Source: an uncultured virus (IMG/VR IMGVR_UViG_3300021127_000003) (Duplodnaviria > Heunggongvirae > Uroviricota > Caudoviricetes). From it: 55,290 nucleotides of DNA. The translations under genes were made by a program, and so were the position numbers. This document shows, in pieces, positions 19,901 to 29,713 of the stretch. Position 1 is the first letter of the stretch, and each line of letters starts with the position of its first letter. The notes beneath the pieces are model-generated. The model made no database searches. It was not told the origin of the DNA and saw nothing but the letters and a program-made list of their open reading frames with translations. Location of the stretch: the IMG/VR virus record IMGVR_UViG_3300021127_000003, one strand, 5' to 3'.

Positions 19901-22900
19901 TATTGTTACATCAGGTACAACATATTACCAAACACCAGATCACTCACATTTTATTTATAAAAACAACTCAACAAATGCTGTTGTTTTAACTTATAGTGGT
20001 AGTCCATTATATACACACATACCAAGATATACTAATGCTAAAACAATAACTTTCCCAGATTGTGATGGTGTCAATAACCCATTACCAAATAGTGATGAAC
20101 GTGAGTATTTCTTGAAATCTATTAGTATGGGGTTTGCTCATATTGATATTGGTATTAATTTTACATGTCCATCACCTCCACCACACGTTTGTTTTTATGA
20201 TTACTCTGGTAGAACAATTAGTTTAAGTTCATTCAACTCACGTACTGGAACTACATACCCATCAATAGCAAATTATGTTGATGAATACGGAACACATAGA
20301 ACGATTAGACAACCCAAATATTATGGTTACTCTAAAAATATCGGAACATCTAAACCTTCAGACTACGTTTTTGGTAAGTCTGGTAATTGGATTACACCAT
20401 ATAAAAAACGTAAAATATGGACTTTAGGTACTACCTATTATAATGGGGATTTAATTGAATATTTACCAACACCAAATACAACATATGTTGTAACAGGTAC
20501 AACCGTAATTACAGGAACATCAACAACACCTGTGGTAAGTCCAACAAGTGGTTTGAAAGTTAGTACAACATATCTTGGTGATATGTATCAAAATTATTCT
20601 GGTAGAACAACTACAGACCCTTTGATGCATATAGATCCAGCTTATATTAATAAAATCAACCTTGACCCAACAAAAAATCTAATTTCGATAAATTTAAATA
20701 AAGCATTTAACTTACAATATGTTTATTCTGGTGCAACATCAGGAACAACACTTGTTGTAAAAGACACGGTTCTTGACCATGTTCTATATATGAATGATAA
20801 TTTTATATTCGATTTTGATGGTTTTTATACTATTAATCCTGATAATGTAGGGCCGTTTTATGAACCTCGTGCTGATGAAGCTTTAATATTAACATTAAAT
20901 GATAGTCTACCATTGGTTGCAAATGAAAAGAATTATGTGTCGATACAATCATTGAATACCAATTTTTCAACCGTATCTGATAATATAGCTCTATCTGTTT
21001 CTAACCCTGGATTTTTTCTTGTCAAATATAATTCATATTTAAAATTTGATTTCCAACTTTATTTTGAATCATCGTTAAATATATCACAGACAGTGAATTT
21101 ATATTTACTTGACTCTAATGGTATTGCTGTAGAAGCTCAACAGTTTTCTTTTTCTGGAAATGATTTACCTGATAATAGAATATATAATTTTATATACGAA
21201 GGTGGGTTCCAAAAAAATCAAAAGTTATATTTTGCAATAGAACCAGTTACAAATGATTGTACATTGTCAAGATATGAGGTTATTGATTATGTATATAATG
21301 AACCTGATAGAAATTTATATAACCCAGTTGATGACGGTAGATTTAGAGTAGCTTTCAACACTGGACGTAAAGTGAATTACGGTACGGATATAGAATATGG
21401 TTTATCGATTGCACCATTAATTGCTAAATATGATGCTCAAACAGGTACAACTACAACAAATTCTATTGTTGGTGTGGATAATTACACATATAGTGATAGT
21501 TCACCATATACAAATTATTATTTCTTAAATACACCAAGAGTTGCATATAATCACTCAACAGATCCTGTATTGATGTATAATAAATTGTATGTTGATTACT
21601 ATAAAAAACTAACAAATGATCCTGTAATTACTGATCAACAAAAAACATTATATGATAAAGATATTAAATATGATAAAGTAGATTTCAATTTTAATATTAT
21701 AACGAAAAAATTACCATATAGTATACCGTCAACTAAAGGATATTATGCCTCTGATAGCGTTTATAATATAACAGCAGCTGATTATTATCTTGGTAATGTA
21801 CCAGAATTCTACGAAGGTGGTTCGGTTACAAATAATATCATAATTGGTAAACAAATTGGTAGAAGATACTTTACAGTTGATAATTATAGCACATACGAAC
21901 CGTCTAAATCAACTTTAAATAATAAAACTATTATTGGTACTGGTAACACTCAAAGTGTACAACTTTTTCAAGCATATGATTCTGGTATTTTAGATTATAC
22001 AAGACTTGACTTGAATAACACCAATAATATTTATGGTACAAGAAGAGTTCAAATTACAGGCACAACTTATGAGTTGGAAAATGAAGTTTACAGTACAGAT
22101 ATATATCAACAAATGTTATCTGTAGCTGAATACTTCAATCCTGCAATTATGAATTATAATCTCAATGACATTGTTAAAGTGACAATTAACAATTACAAAA
22201 CGGTTGTTGTAAGTACAGGTGGGACTTATAGTATTAAAACAGTAAACGTTGATAGATTATATGTTTGCGTTGAAGATATTACACCATACCATTGTTATAA
22301 AATTACATCTGGAACTACGGTTGTACCATACAAGATTAATGAAATATATCAACCTAATGGTTCACATTCATGTTTTGAAGAATTAACGAAATTTGATCCA
22401 AAGAATTTTAGTCCTTGGGGTTATGAAAGAGTTTTTCATTATCATGTTAACCAAACTAATATATATCCATTCACAAACGATAATACAATAAATTATATCG
22501 AAACAGGTTCCACACTTAATTTATCGTTTGGTAATTTAGTTTTATATGCTGGTAACATATATAGGTTTATATATAATAAACCAATGATATATTATACTGG
22601 TGTAACTGGAAATTCAAACGGTAGAATATGGAATAGTCATGATACTGTTATAGCTTTGAATGTAAATGATTATAAATTGTATAAAAATATACGTAGTTCT
22701 GTACCATTTTCATTTTCAGATGATCCTATTACTAACACTTACGGCCACTGGACTTCATTAACCACTGGTGGTACAGTATTTAATGCAACAAACCCTTTCA
22801 ACAGTTACCCTGGGCCTTACTCTGGTACACCACGAAGAGATTTTAATACAGCAATACGTTTACCAAATTTAATTCCAGCAGACTCGTTAGGAAATTTGAA

Positions 22901-24428
22901 AGGATGGAAATTACAAGAACTTACTAATGTAGGTGGTTCAGATTACGATGCTCAGGTACCGACAGGTTCTACAGGAACAATTGCATCTTATTCCACATAT
23001 ATTGATATAGGTGAAATTAACCAAATTAACGTACTCAAATATTATAAATTCGCCAATTCATCAACTTATTTTAATACACCTTTCGTGGTAGGTGATTATA
23101 TCATGAACAATTCTGATATAACACATGCTGGTTTTACAACTAATAATAATTTAATAACTGGTTATACTGAATCATCAATACCTAATAGGTATTACTATAA
23201 TATAAATGCAACCTATAATAGAAGTTATGATTATGATCCTTCTGGGTTGCCTGGATGTTTTGTAAGTGATTATTATAATGAAAACTTTTCACCAATATTT
23301 GAATATTTATGCAACGGTAGTGCTATAAATTGTCCGAGAGAGTTTTCATTAACAAGAACATATAATCAATATTCTTTATATCATGTTTATAAATATGCTG
23401 TATCAAGAGGTGTTCTTTATAGTTACATCAGTAATGTTGCTTCTGTTATGACATTATTACCATTCCAGGATACGGCAAATTGGTCAAAATCTGATTTCTG
23501 TCTTGTTGAATCATTCAAATTCTATAAAGATAGAACTAAAGTAAGTGTTTATGAATCAGACAATTACGATTTAACTGATGCTGTTAAAAATAATTTGTAT
23601 ATCTACAGAAATAATTTAACGTTAAAACCAAATTTCACTAATCATGATTTTACAGGTACCACAATAAATGGTGTGGTTAATAATGGTGTAGATGCGAGAT
23701 TAAAAAATGCGTTGGATAAATATTATGATGCAAAAGATAACACTTTAAATGGTGTCAAGAAATACGGTTCTGTGGGTTACAGACTTGCTGGAAGCGATAT
23801 TATCTTGGATTATTATTTTGATATAGATGTTGTTGGTTTACCTAAAACAGGCGAATTTATCGCTAAATTAAGTATAAGCGATCCATGTTCTCATAGTGCG
23901 TCCATAATTTTTGGTATTCTATTCCAATCAAACGTTGCTTTACTTTCTACGTTAAATTCGAGCTTAATGGCTCAAAATGTTGTATCCTCACCATCAACAT
24001 TTGTATATGGTTACAACATCAGAGTCATCGTGAATCAAAATGGTGCTTCACCAGTTTATGCTGTGTGGACAAGTTCTTCTGGAAGTGTTTCAGGTTCATC
24101 TACCTTAAATAGTGGTTCTGTATTTGACCAGGTAATCAACGTGGCACCTAATGACACATTGACATTAACCTTTACTTATAGTATTTTAAATTCTTCATCA
24201 ATATTTGATAGTGCATATTACAATTCGGTTTCATTATTTGATAAGACAACAAACAATCCTATAAGTACAGCTCAGGTGGTATCATCATCAAGTATAAGTG
24301 GTACAAATGAAACAAGAACTGTAATATTACCAAATGTTACAAGAAATGAATTAATAACATTAAACATTAATGGTTTGAATGGAACAAAAACAAGCCATTT
24401 TACAATACCAAACCAATTTACAATATAA
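16941..24428 (+). CDS. Very large baseplate/tail protein with a gpI/gp7-like wedge segment
   Basis: 2495 aa; ENIPDVLVKNFAHMLG...LWRRIAINAFYLFKSKGTRKSIEFIL resembles the P2 gpI / T4 gp7 wedge motif; the remainder is Thr/Asn/Tyr-rich. Confidence 0.65.
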   Translation: MADLSFSSTPIIGDLFDTAQEALTRSAELGCSGYRTYIVNGQTKYVPCSTYLEYDKTLRYYVQQGKLAAFGKDVFGDKLVGLQFANSTTEVDKGDPFFTLGNFTLGKSYIVQNTTATQVSQADPTQKFTANIISQKAGINSSQLVDFVNNNVQSNLTATILFDKRKLENYVLFSSLKERIKNTIIEITQDFPGGIKASPISILYPSVTNYVNLTATNRATFKVNIGNLFNPFGIDYTSKSLTKVDDPTLTPLRNFGKNYTDFVIYYNGTEYPIISVSLPTSTSDLANGLVITTNGRPFLDKLNTNNEANVLFYIKPSAEKFNEFFQNISDLGQFLLNYDETTQAYKSEFVVPETNDNGDTVLNKRAIYFPVYDEVNVNLFDSKFDDFLTQLNTISDDFDAYKTNLISRFLTTDSLKDFDTVDKKAQIIFNLYGRYFDDVKRYVDGLTYMTNLTYDKVENIPDVLVKNFAHMLGLETFEIEDQDTLIQSFFNTSDYKLVSDITPVELDIELWRRIAINAFYLFKSKGTRKSIEFILKIAGIPDYITEITEYVYLASDKVDPIDKLNKIYNLSDVVDPTYLLGVYPFDGDGYPTIPSNVAFQESGGYLTQDSQNVGPYDFGKKYLDAFRNFDSVKGFDIFRTIDNQKSWVYTETPLYRENDSDAYSTYYYEQDSRLSINTKELEVYLSSDRIIDHTIYKYYASNNINIDSTLSTGYTNPITPNSITFNQYLREVLEKYIPVETRKTIVTYPTLSKIYFDFLKLSGDYVTNAKALEFLGLFDTHWVNLIQQFIPATSIINTGKKIRNSSHLDNKFVYKHGENNDLAWLGTEGSEFQTTAKKPVYEGSSAVNSVGTLRQSITATPISVGLEGLIGKKIKGIDPTINQYFGVQYSNSEYCGTGFNFFKWISNKDYTTSDYKGNITSPSGATTSTSLLYNLDTTKLRRYGVFVTYHGELYRLNTVAAIRTYAANYPFGTSFYNSVGTIEPLTTIVTSGTTYYQTPDHSHFIYKNNSTNAVVLTYSGSPLYTHIPRYTNAKTITFPDCDGVNNPLPNSDEREYFLKSISMGFAHIDIGINFTCPSPPPHVCFYDYSGRTISLSSFNSRTGTTYPSIANYVDEYGTHRTIRQPKYYGYSKNIGTSKPSDYVFGKSGNWITPYKKRKIWTLGTTYYNGDLIEYLPTPNTTYVVTGTTVITGTSTTPVVSPTSGLKVSTTYLGDMYQNYSGRTTTDPLMHIDPAYINKINLDPTKNLISINLNKAFNLQYVYSGATSGTTLVVKDTVLDHVLYMNDNFIFDFDGFYTINPDNVGPFYEPRADEALILTLNDSLPLVANEKNYVSIQSLNTNFSTVSDNIALSVSNPGFFLVKYNSYLKFDFQLYFESSLNISQTVNLYLLDSNGIAVEAQQFSFSGNDLPDNRIYNFIYEGGFQKNQKLYFAIEPVTNDCTLSRYEVIDYVYNEPDRNLYNPVDDGRFRVAFNTGRKVNYGTDIEYGLSIAPLIAKYDAQTGTTTTNSIVGVDNYTYSDSSPYTNYYFLNTPRVAYNHSTDPVLMYNKLYVDYYKKLTNDPVITDQQKTLYDKDIKYDKVDFNFNIITKKLPYSIPSTKGYYASDSVYNITAADYYLGNVPEFYEGGSVTNNIIIGKQIGRRYFTVDNYSTYEPSKSTLNNKTIIGTGNTQSVQLFQAYDSGILDYTRLDLNNTNNIYGTRRVQITGTTYELENEVYSTDIYQQMLSVAEYFNPAIMNYNLNDIVKVTINNYKTVVVSTGGTYSIKTVNVDRLYVCVEDITPYHCYKITSGTTVVPYKINEIYQPNGSHSCFEELTKFDPKNFSPWGYERVFHYHVNQTNIYPFTNDNTINYIETGSTLNLSFGNLVLYAGNIYRFIYNKPMIYYTGVTGNSNGRIWNSHDTVIALNVNDYKLYKNIRSSVPFSFSDDPITNTYGHWTSLTTGGTVFNATNPFNSYPGPYSGTPRRDFNTAIRLPNLIPADSLGNLKGWKLQELTNVGGSDYDAQVPTGSTGTIASYSTYIDIGEINQINVLKYYKFANSSTYFNTPFVVGDYIMNNSDITHAGFTTNNNLITGYTESSIPNRYYYNINATYNRSYDYDPSGLPGCFVSDYYNENFSPIFEYLCNGSAINCPREFSLTRTYNQYSLYHVYKYAVSRGVLYSYISNVASVMTLLPFQDTANWSKSDFCLVESFKFYKDRTKVSVYESDNYDLTDAVKNNLYIYRNNLTLKPNFTNHDFTGTTINGVVNNGVDARLKNALDKYYDAKDNTLNGVKKYGSVGYRLAGSDIILDYYFDIDVVGLPKTGEFIAKLSISDPCSHSASIIFGILFQSNVALLSTLNSSLMAQNVVSSPSTFVYGYNIRVIVNQNGASPVYAVWTSSSGSVSGSSTLNSGSVFDQVINVAPNDTLTLTFTYSILNSSSIFDSAYYNSVSLFDKTTNNPISTAQVVSSSSISGTNETRTVILPNVTRNELITLNINGLNGTKTSHFTIPNQFTI

Positions 24429-24456
24429 TCAAAAACAAAATATTTATTATAAAGAT

Positions 24457-27258
24457 ATGAGCTATATTTTAAAAAGAAATCAACCGTTAGTGAATGTAAA
24501 ACTCACAGATTTGGGTAGAATAAACCTTGCATCTGGAGAGTTGGACTTCTCAACATTTAGTCTTGGAGATGGAGAAATGGATTATACGAATAGTAATATT
24601 CCATCTGTAAATATATTGAGGCCAGTTGATAATAACCACGATATATTATTTCCTGTAAGTTATAACGGTTCAACATATAAAGTACCTATAACAACAATAA
24701 CACCATATCCAATAATATCAACAGCAACAGCTAAGGATAGAGGATTTTTCAGTGGGTCAACTCACAACTTAATTGACTATACATTAACATCATTGTATAA
24801 CCTTACTGGTATTATATCTGGTAATACAAATTCAATAAACTTAAAATACGTTGATACCACCATATCTCCAAACTTTGTTGATTTCGGTGTTGGTACAGGT
24901 TATACCACAAGCCTAATGAATACTGGTTATACTCAAAATGTAAAACAAGGTGATTATTTATTTTTAAAATTCTTACAGCACGATTATTATACAGGTCATA
25001 CCGCTAATCTAACACCATATATAGATGCGGATCCTATACAATATTTGATGTATCAGATTACAAGTGTAAATTCTGGTACAGATTTAGTTTTAACTGGTAT
25101 AACAAACAACCAAATGATTAATTTTGGTCTTGATAGAAATTTACCACCATTTGCTAAAAATTGTCGTGTCAAAGGTTTTATTTATCCTGGTACAAATACG
25201 ATACCAGATTATTATGATAAAACAACACCAATAGCTTATTGGTCAAATGGAGTATTAGATTTCACAAGCGATCCAAGCCAAAGAACAAAAGTTGATGTTC
25301 CTGTTTGGAATATGAACATTGTTAATATAAGAGATTTAGCAGGTCTTGATTTAACCAAATATAAAGATTCTGAGTATTCCAACGGTAAAAATTATGAAGG
25401 TACTGTAATTGAATATCAGTATTTATCGAATGTGTATTTAACAGTTAACCCTCTTACAATAGTTACAGGTACAACAAAAGGTAACTCACAAGTTACAGGG
25501 TATACACAAACAATAAATAAAGTTGGTATAATTCACTATACAAATAACACAATTGATAATTTTTATGGCGAGGGTTTTTATGAAAATTCATTGACGCTCA
25601 CTTTACCATATTTAATGTGGCATAAACAACAATTTGGCGGTACTGGATTGGGTAATACTATAGGGTATACCTTCATTTGTGACTCAACACTGAAAACAAT
25701 AAACGGAACTGTTCAATATTACGATTTGATTGATCAGGAAGCTGATGCTAATGTTGTTGGTAAAGTTTTAATTAATGAAAAAATTATTTTGATTGAAGAT
25801 CCAGAATTAATAACTGCGATGTCATATAAAGCAAATAGAAACTGGACATTACCAACTCCAAAAGTGTCACTTGTTGACGTTGGACATTGTGTGGGAGCTA
25901 ATATAGGTGGGGCTTTACAACCAAATGAAGCTATACATTTGAGCTATTATTTAACAAATTCAAAAAATGTTACTGGCATCCAATGTGAGAATTATCAGAC
26001 AATGGAAAATGTTTATACTAAAGCTCAAGATATATTATTCCAATTCCCTAAAAAGGCAACAACAACCACATATTCTGAATTTTCATATTTGAAAGATTAT
26101 GGTTCTGAAAATGGGTTAGGCTTTAGCGCTGATAATATTTATTTATTATGGCAAAAAACAGCAATAGGTGAAGTTCCAGATCCAACAGAATGGAGAAAAT
26201 ATAATTTAGGTCAATTTATTGGTACAAATGGATGTTTGCCTGTTGGAATACCTTCACAACAACAATTTTATTTCAGAAAAGATACAATTTACTTACCAAA
26301 AAGTCCATCAAATATAACAACAACATATCAACCAATAGGTGATGTTTTGGTTTTTATAAGTTCTATTGCATCGACAGGTTCTTTATTGAAACAAGCATCA
26401 TCAGCGGCAAATGTTGGTGTTGATGGCGATTATTGGCAGTATCCATTAAGTGTGACTGGTTCTACAAACGGAACACCTATTTTCAAAATTAATCCAATTT
26501 TTAATACATCTGGTTATTACGTTGAACTTGGTTATTTATATGGTTCTACAACAACAGCGAGTACAATTACTCAAAGTGTTACAACACCATCATCGTTTTC
26601 TGGATATACATATTTGAATGGTATTTATTTAAATGGTTCTGGTAATGTTTGTCTTACATTAGATTACCAACCTAATAATAATACGGTTTATTTATTCAAA
26701 AATGGTAATTTGGTATCGGATAATAACTATGGTGTTTTTACTACAGGTACAACTGCTAATAGAAGGGTTGAGCTAACTACTTTTACACCATCAGCTGGTG
26801 ATGTTCTTACGCTTTATTACCTCGATAATAGTGGAGCTTATACAACAACCGCTCCAATGACGGCATCAAATATAAATAATTTATTAGCATATATTGATAA
26901 ATCCATAATAGATAATAGTGTAAATGATTACTATGATATTGGGACTATTGTTTCTTTACCAACACCAACAAATATTACAGGATTAACATTTGGTGATGAG
27001 GTATTCTTTTACGGTAATGTGCAAACAGATATTAAAGCCACAACGTATAAAACAATCTTTACATTTAATGTGTTACCTAATACATTTGTAACATCACAAA
27101 ACCCTACTTTTGACTCTAATAGAAATAAAGTAGCTTTTACGGAAGTCGGTATTTATGATGCAAGCGATAATTTGGTGGCTATTGGTAAATTTAGTCAACC
27201 AATAACAAGAAAATATAATTCGGATATTATTTCATTACAAGCAACAATAGATTTTTAA
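24457..27258 (+). CDS. Tail-fibre/collar-like structural protein (DUF3751-like termini)
   Basis: N-terminal KLTDLGRINLASG..FSLGDGE.DY and C-terminal FTEVGIYD..NLVAIGKFSQPI; ATG 24457 follows TATTTAT (track start 24379 overlaps the upstream gene). Confidence 0.6.
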   Translation: MSYILKRNQPLVNVKLTDLGRINLASGELDFSTFSLGDGEMDYTNSNIPSVNILRPVDNNHDILFPVSYNGSTYKVPITTITPYPIISTATAKDRGFFSGSTHNLIDYTLTSLYNLTGIISGNTNSINLKYVDTTISPNFVDFGVGTGYTTSLMNTGYTQNVKQGDYLFLKFLQHDYYTGHTANLTPYIDADPIQYLMYQITSVNSGTDLVLTGITNNQMINFGLDRNLPPFAKNCRVKGFIYPGTNTIPDYYDKTTPIAYWSNGVLDFTSDPSQRTKVDVPVWNMNIVNIRDLAGLDLTKYKDSEYSNGKNYEGTVIEYQYLSNVYLTVNPLTIVTGTTKGNSQVTGYTQTINKVGIIHYTNNTIDNFYGEGFYENSLTLTLPYLMWHKQQFGGTGLGNTIGYTFICDSTLKTINGTVQYYDLIDQEADANVVGKVLINEKIILIEDPELITAMSYKANRNWTLPTPKVSLVDVGHCVGANIGGALQPNEAIHLSYYLTNSKNVTGIQCENYQTMENVYTKAQDILFQFPKKATTTTYSEFSYLKDYGSENGLGFSADNIYLLWQKTAIGEVPDPTEWRKYNLGQFIGTNGCLPVGIPSQQQFYFRKDTIYLPKSPSNITTTYQPIGDVLVFISSIASTGSLLKQASSAANVGVDGDYWQYPLSVTGSTNGTPIFKINPIFNTSGYYVELGYLYGSTTTASTITQSVTTPSSFSGYTYLNGIYLNGSGNVCLTLDYQPNNNTVYLFKNGNLVSDNNYGVFTTGTTANRRVELTTFTPSAGDVLTLYYLDNSGAYTTTAPMTASNINNLLAYIDKSIIDNSVNDYYDIGTIVSLPTPTNITGLTFGDEVFFYGNVQTDIKATTYKTIFTFNVLPNTFVTSQNPTFDSNRNKVAFTEVGIYDASDNLVAIGKFSQPITRKYNSDIISLQATIDF

Positions 27259-27259
27259 A

Positions 27260-28471
27260 ATGGGTTATATTACAGGAAATACTAATGAATTTGTTGTGTA
27301 TCTTACAGATGCAGGTAAAGATGCTTTATATCGAAATAATAATGTTGGTGGATTGGCCGACCTTATTACCCAATTTTCTTTATCGGATACGGAAACAAAT
27401 TATAATGTTTTAGCGGATTCTTCTTTTGATCCAAATTTAGTTAATCAAAATGTAATTGGTATTACCAATTCAAGTGGTTATACTAATGGGTTTAAAGAAG
27501 TATTCACTGTACTCAAAAATCGTGGAGATATTATTGATAACAAAAATGTAAACCATGCATTGTTGGGTATAAACAAAACTAATTTCAGAGATTTTATATT
27601 ATATAATCCAGAATTAAATATTTACAGTAGTTATGCCGCAATGACATATAAAGATGTTGATCCGTATAGACAATATGATTTATCTGGATTAAATGGTATA
27701 TACTTAAGAACAGCCTACGGTTCCTCTGTAACTTTAAGTGATTTAATTCAAAATTTTGACTTATATCCTGTAGATAATATTGCGGTGAACAAATATCATT
27801 ATATCAATTCTAAGTTGCAACAACAAACTAATATATTTGATTTATCCTTTATAGGTTCAAATGCATTGGCTAAATCTACAGATAATTTGGCATATAGTCA
27901 AATTATAAAGGGTGATGAATTAGTAATGGGTGAAAATTATCATGCATATTTTGATTTTTATTTCAGGTTTTATGGTGCCGAAAATTTGGTTTATAACCCA
28001 ACAGGTACATCTGAAAATTTGACTATCAATCTATTTATCGTTCTTGGTACTAATAAAGTACCTATGACTTTGAGTAATTTGCAACAATATAGAACTACTG
28101 GTACAACATATAATTTCACAAACGATATATTATATAGATGGATACCAAACCCTTATACAATAGGTACTGATCCACCTTATAGACAACCATTAGTTTACTT
28201 GTCAGGCTCTAATCAACAAATAACATTAAATTATTCGGAAAGAAGTTATTCGTATCTAACGAATTCATATATGATTAAAGACCATTTTGATGATTACAAT
28301 AAATCACCTATTGGATATAATTTCAGAGTCAAAGCAAGTTTGGATTTATCTCAATTTTTCTCATTGAATCAATGTAAAAATACTAAAGATTTTTCAATAC
28401 TTGTACAGTATTCGAAACTATCCGATAATTATATAAAAAATACGTATGTAACACATACATACACATTATAA
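27260..28471 (+). CDS. Structural protein sharing the N-terminal LT..G...FSLSD motif
   Basis: MGYI...VYLTDAGKDAL...ITQFSLSDTETNY. Confidence 0.55.
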   Translation: MGYITGNTNEFVVYLTDAGKDALYRNNNVGGLADLITQFSLSDTETNYNVLADSSFDPNLVNQNVIGITNSSGYTNGFKEVFTVLKNRGDIIDNKNVNHALLGINKTNFRDFILYNPELNIYSSYAAMTYKDVDPYRQYDLSGLNGIYLRTAYGSSVTLSDLIQNFDLYPVDNIAVNKYHYINSKLQQQTNIFDLSFIGSNALAKSTDNLAYSQIIKGDELVMGENYHAYFDFYFRFYGAENLVYNPTGTSENLTINLFIVLGTNKVPMTLSNLQQYRTTGTTYNFTNDILYRWIPNPYTIGTDPPYRQPLVYLSGSNQQITLNYSERSYSYLTNSYMIKDHFDDYNKSPIGYNFRVKASLDLSQFFSLNQCKNTKDFSILVQYSKLSDNYIKNTYVTHTYTL

Positions 28472-28474
28472 TAT

Positions 28475-29365
28475 ATGGCAAAAAAAAGAATAAGTGTTGG
28501 TTTGAGTTCAGTTTCAAGAACAACGACAGGTGGCAGCAGTTCTGGTGGTACAACATTACCGACTGTTTGGGGGTTTACGCCAATATCATTCCCATCAACA
28601 TATACTATTACAACATTAGTCCAAACAAATATATTTGAACCAGTATTTGAATTTTATATTCCTAATTCAGAATTTTACTTGAATACTCCTGGCGTGAGTG
28701 TTGCCAGTGTCGCAAAATCCGCAACAAATATAGAGGACGGCACATTAAATATTATGAATAAAACTAATCAAATAATATATTATAAAAGTTTAGTTTTTAA
28801 TAATGCCACTGTTAGGAATCCAAATTACGTTAGCTACAACAAAAATCTTATAGTAACAAAAACAGATACAACATATGATGATAATTATGCATATGAAATT
28901 TATAGTGTGTCAAAAAATGAACAAAGAACAACTATAAACACACGTTCAATAAGTTCACTTGTAGCTCCTACATCAATATTGATTGGTTATTTACAAGTGA
29001 GATATCCAATAGAATATTATAGTGGAAGTGTGTTAAAGATAAATCCTTTTGAGTGTGTACCTATTTCGGTGAATTACCAGGTTTCTGGAGTTGGCGATCT
29101 TACAACACAAATTTATGGGCAAACTTCCGATGCACCAAATAGAAAAGTTGGTACATTCGATTTCAATTTTTCTGTACAAACATATGATAGTGATCCAAAT
29201 AGTATAACATCAACACCTAATATTTCATCACAGGATTTGGTTGTATCAATAAATCTTGTAAATACTGGATATATACCACCAGTTTACAACTATACGTTTA
29301 CACCACCATCGACTGGTACTGGATACTTACCAGCAATTAGTGGTGTACCAACATTAAGTGTTTAA
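28475..29365 (+). CDS. Hypothetical protein, probably structural
   Basis: 296-aa Thr/Ser-rich ORF in the operon. Confidence 0.5.
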   Translation: MAKKRISVGLSSVSRTTTGGSSSGGTTLPTVWGFTPISFPSTYTITTLVQTNIFEPVFEFYIPNSEFYLNTPGVSVASVAKSATNIEDGTLNIMNKTNQIIYYKSLVFNNATVRNPNYVSYNKNLIVTKTDTTYDDNYAYEIYSVSKNEQRTTINTRSISSLVAPTSILIGYLQVRYPIEYYSGSVLKINPFECVPISVNYQVSGVGDLTTQIYGQTSDAPNRKVGTFDFNFSVQTYDSDPNSITSTPNISSQDLVVSINLVNTGYIPPVYNYTFTPPSTGTGYLPAISGVPTLSV

Positions 29366-29435
29366 AATTAAAAACTGTGATATTTATAATAAAATATACT
29401 TTAAATAAATAAATAATTAATTAAATTTAATAGAA

Positions 29436-29702
29436 ATGGGCTTTATAAACATTAATAATTTACCTCAAACACCACCAATCCCTGGTGGAGAAATGACGGT
29501 TTACCTCACAATGGCAGGTAGGGAAGCATTGTTAAACAATGGTTTTAACCCAACACAATTTTCAATATCTGACATGGATGTAAACTATTTGGGTAATCAA
29601 ACATTAAACCAGGTTACGAATGATTTAACTGGTGATTATGATGATATTATATATTCATTATCTAATAATGTAACAATAAGTAATCCAATAATATATAAAT
29701 AA
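29436..29702 (+). CDS. Small structural protein consisting mainly of the LT..GR..L...FSISD motif
   Basis: MGFI...VYLTMAGREALL....TQFSISDMDVNY, paralogous to the N-termini at 24457 and 27260. Confidence 0.6.
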   Translation: MGFININNLPQTPPIPGGEMTVYLTMAGREALLNNGFNPTQFSISDMDVNYLGNQTLNQVTNDLTGDYDDIIYSLSNNVTISNPIIYK

Positions 29703-29713
29703 AAATTATTAAT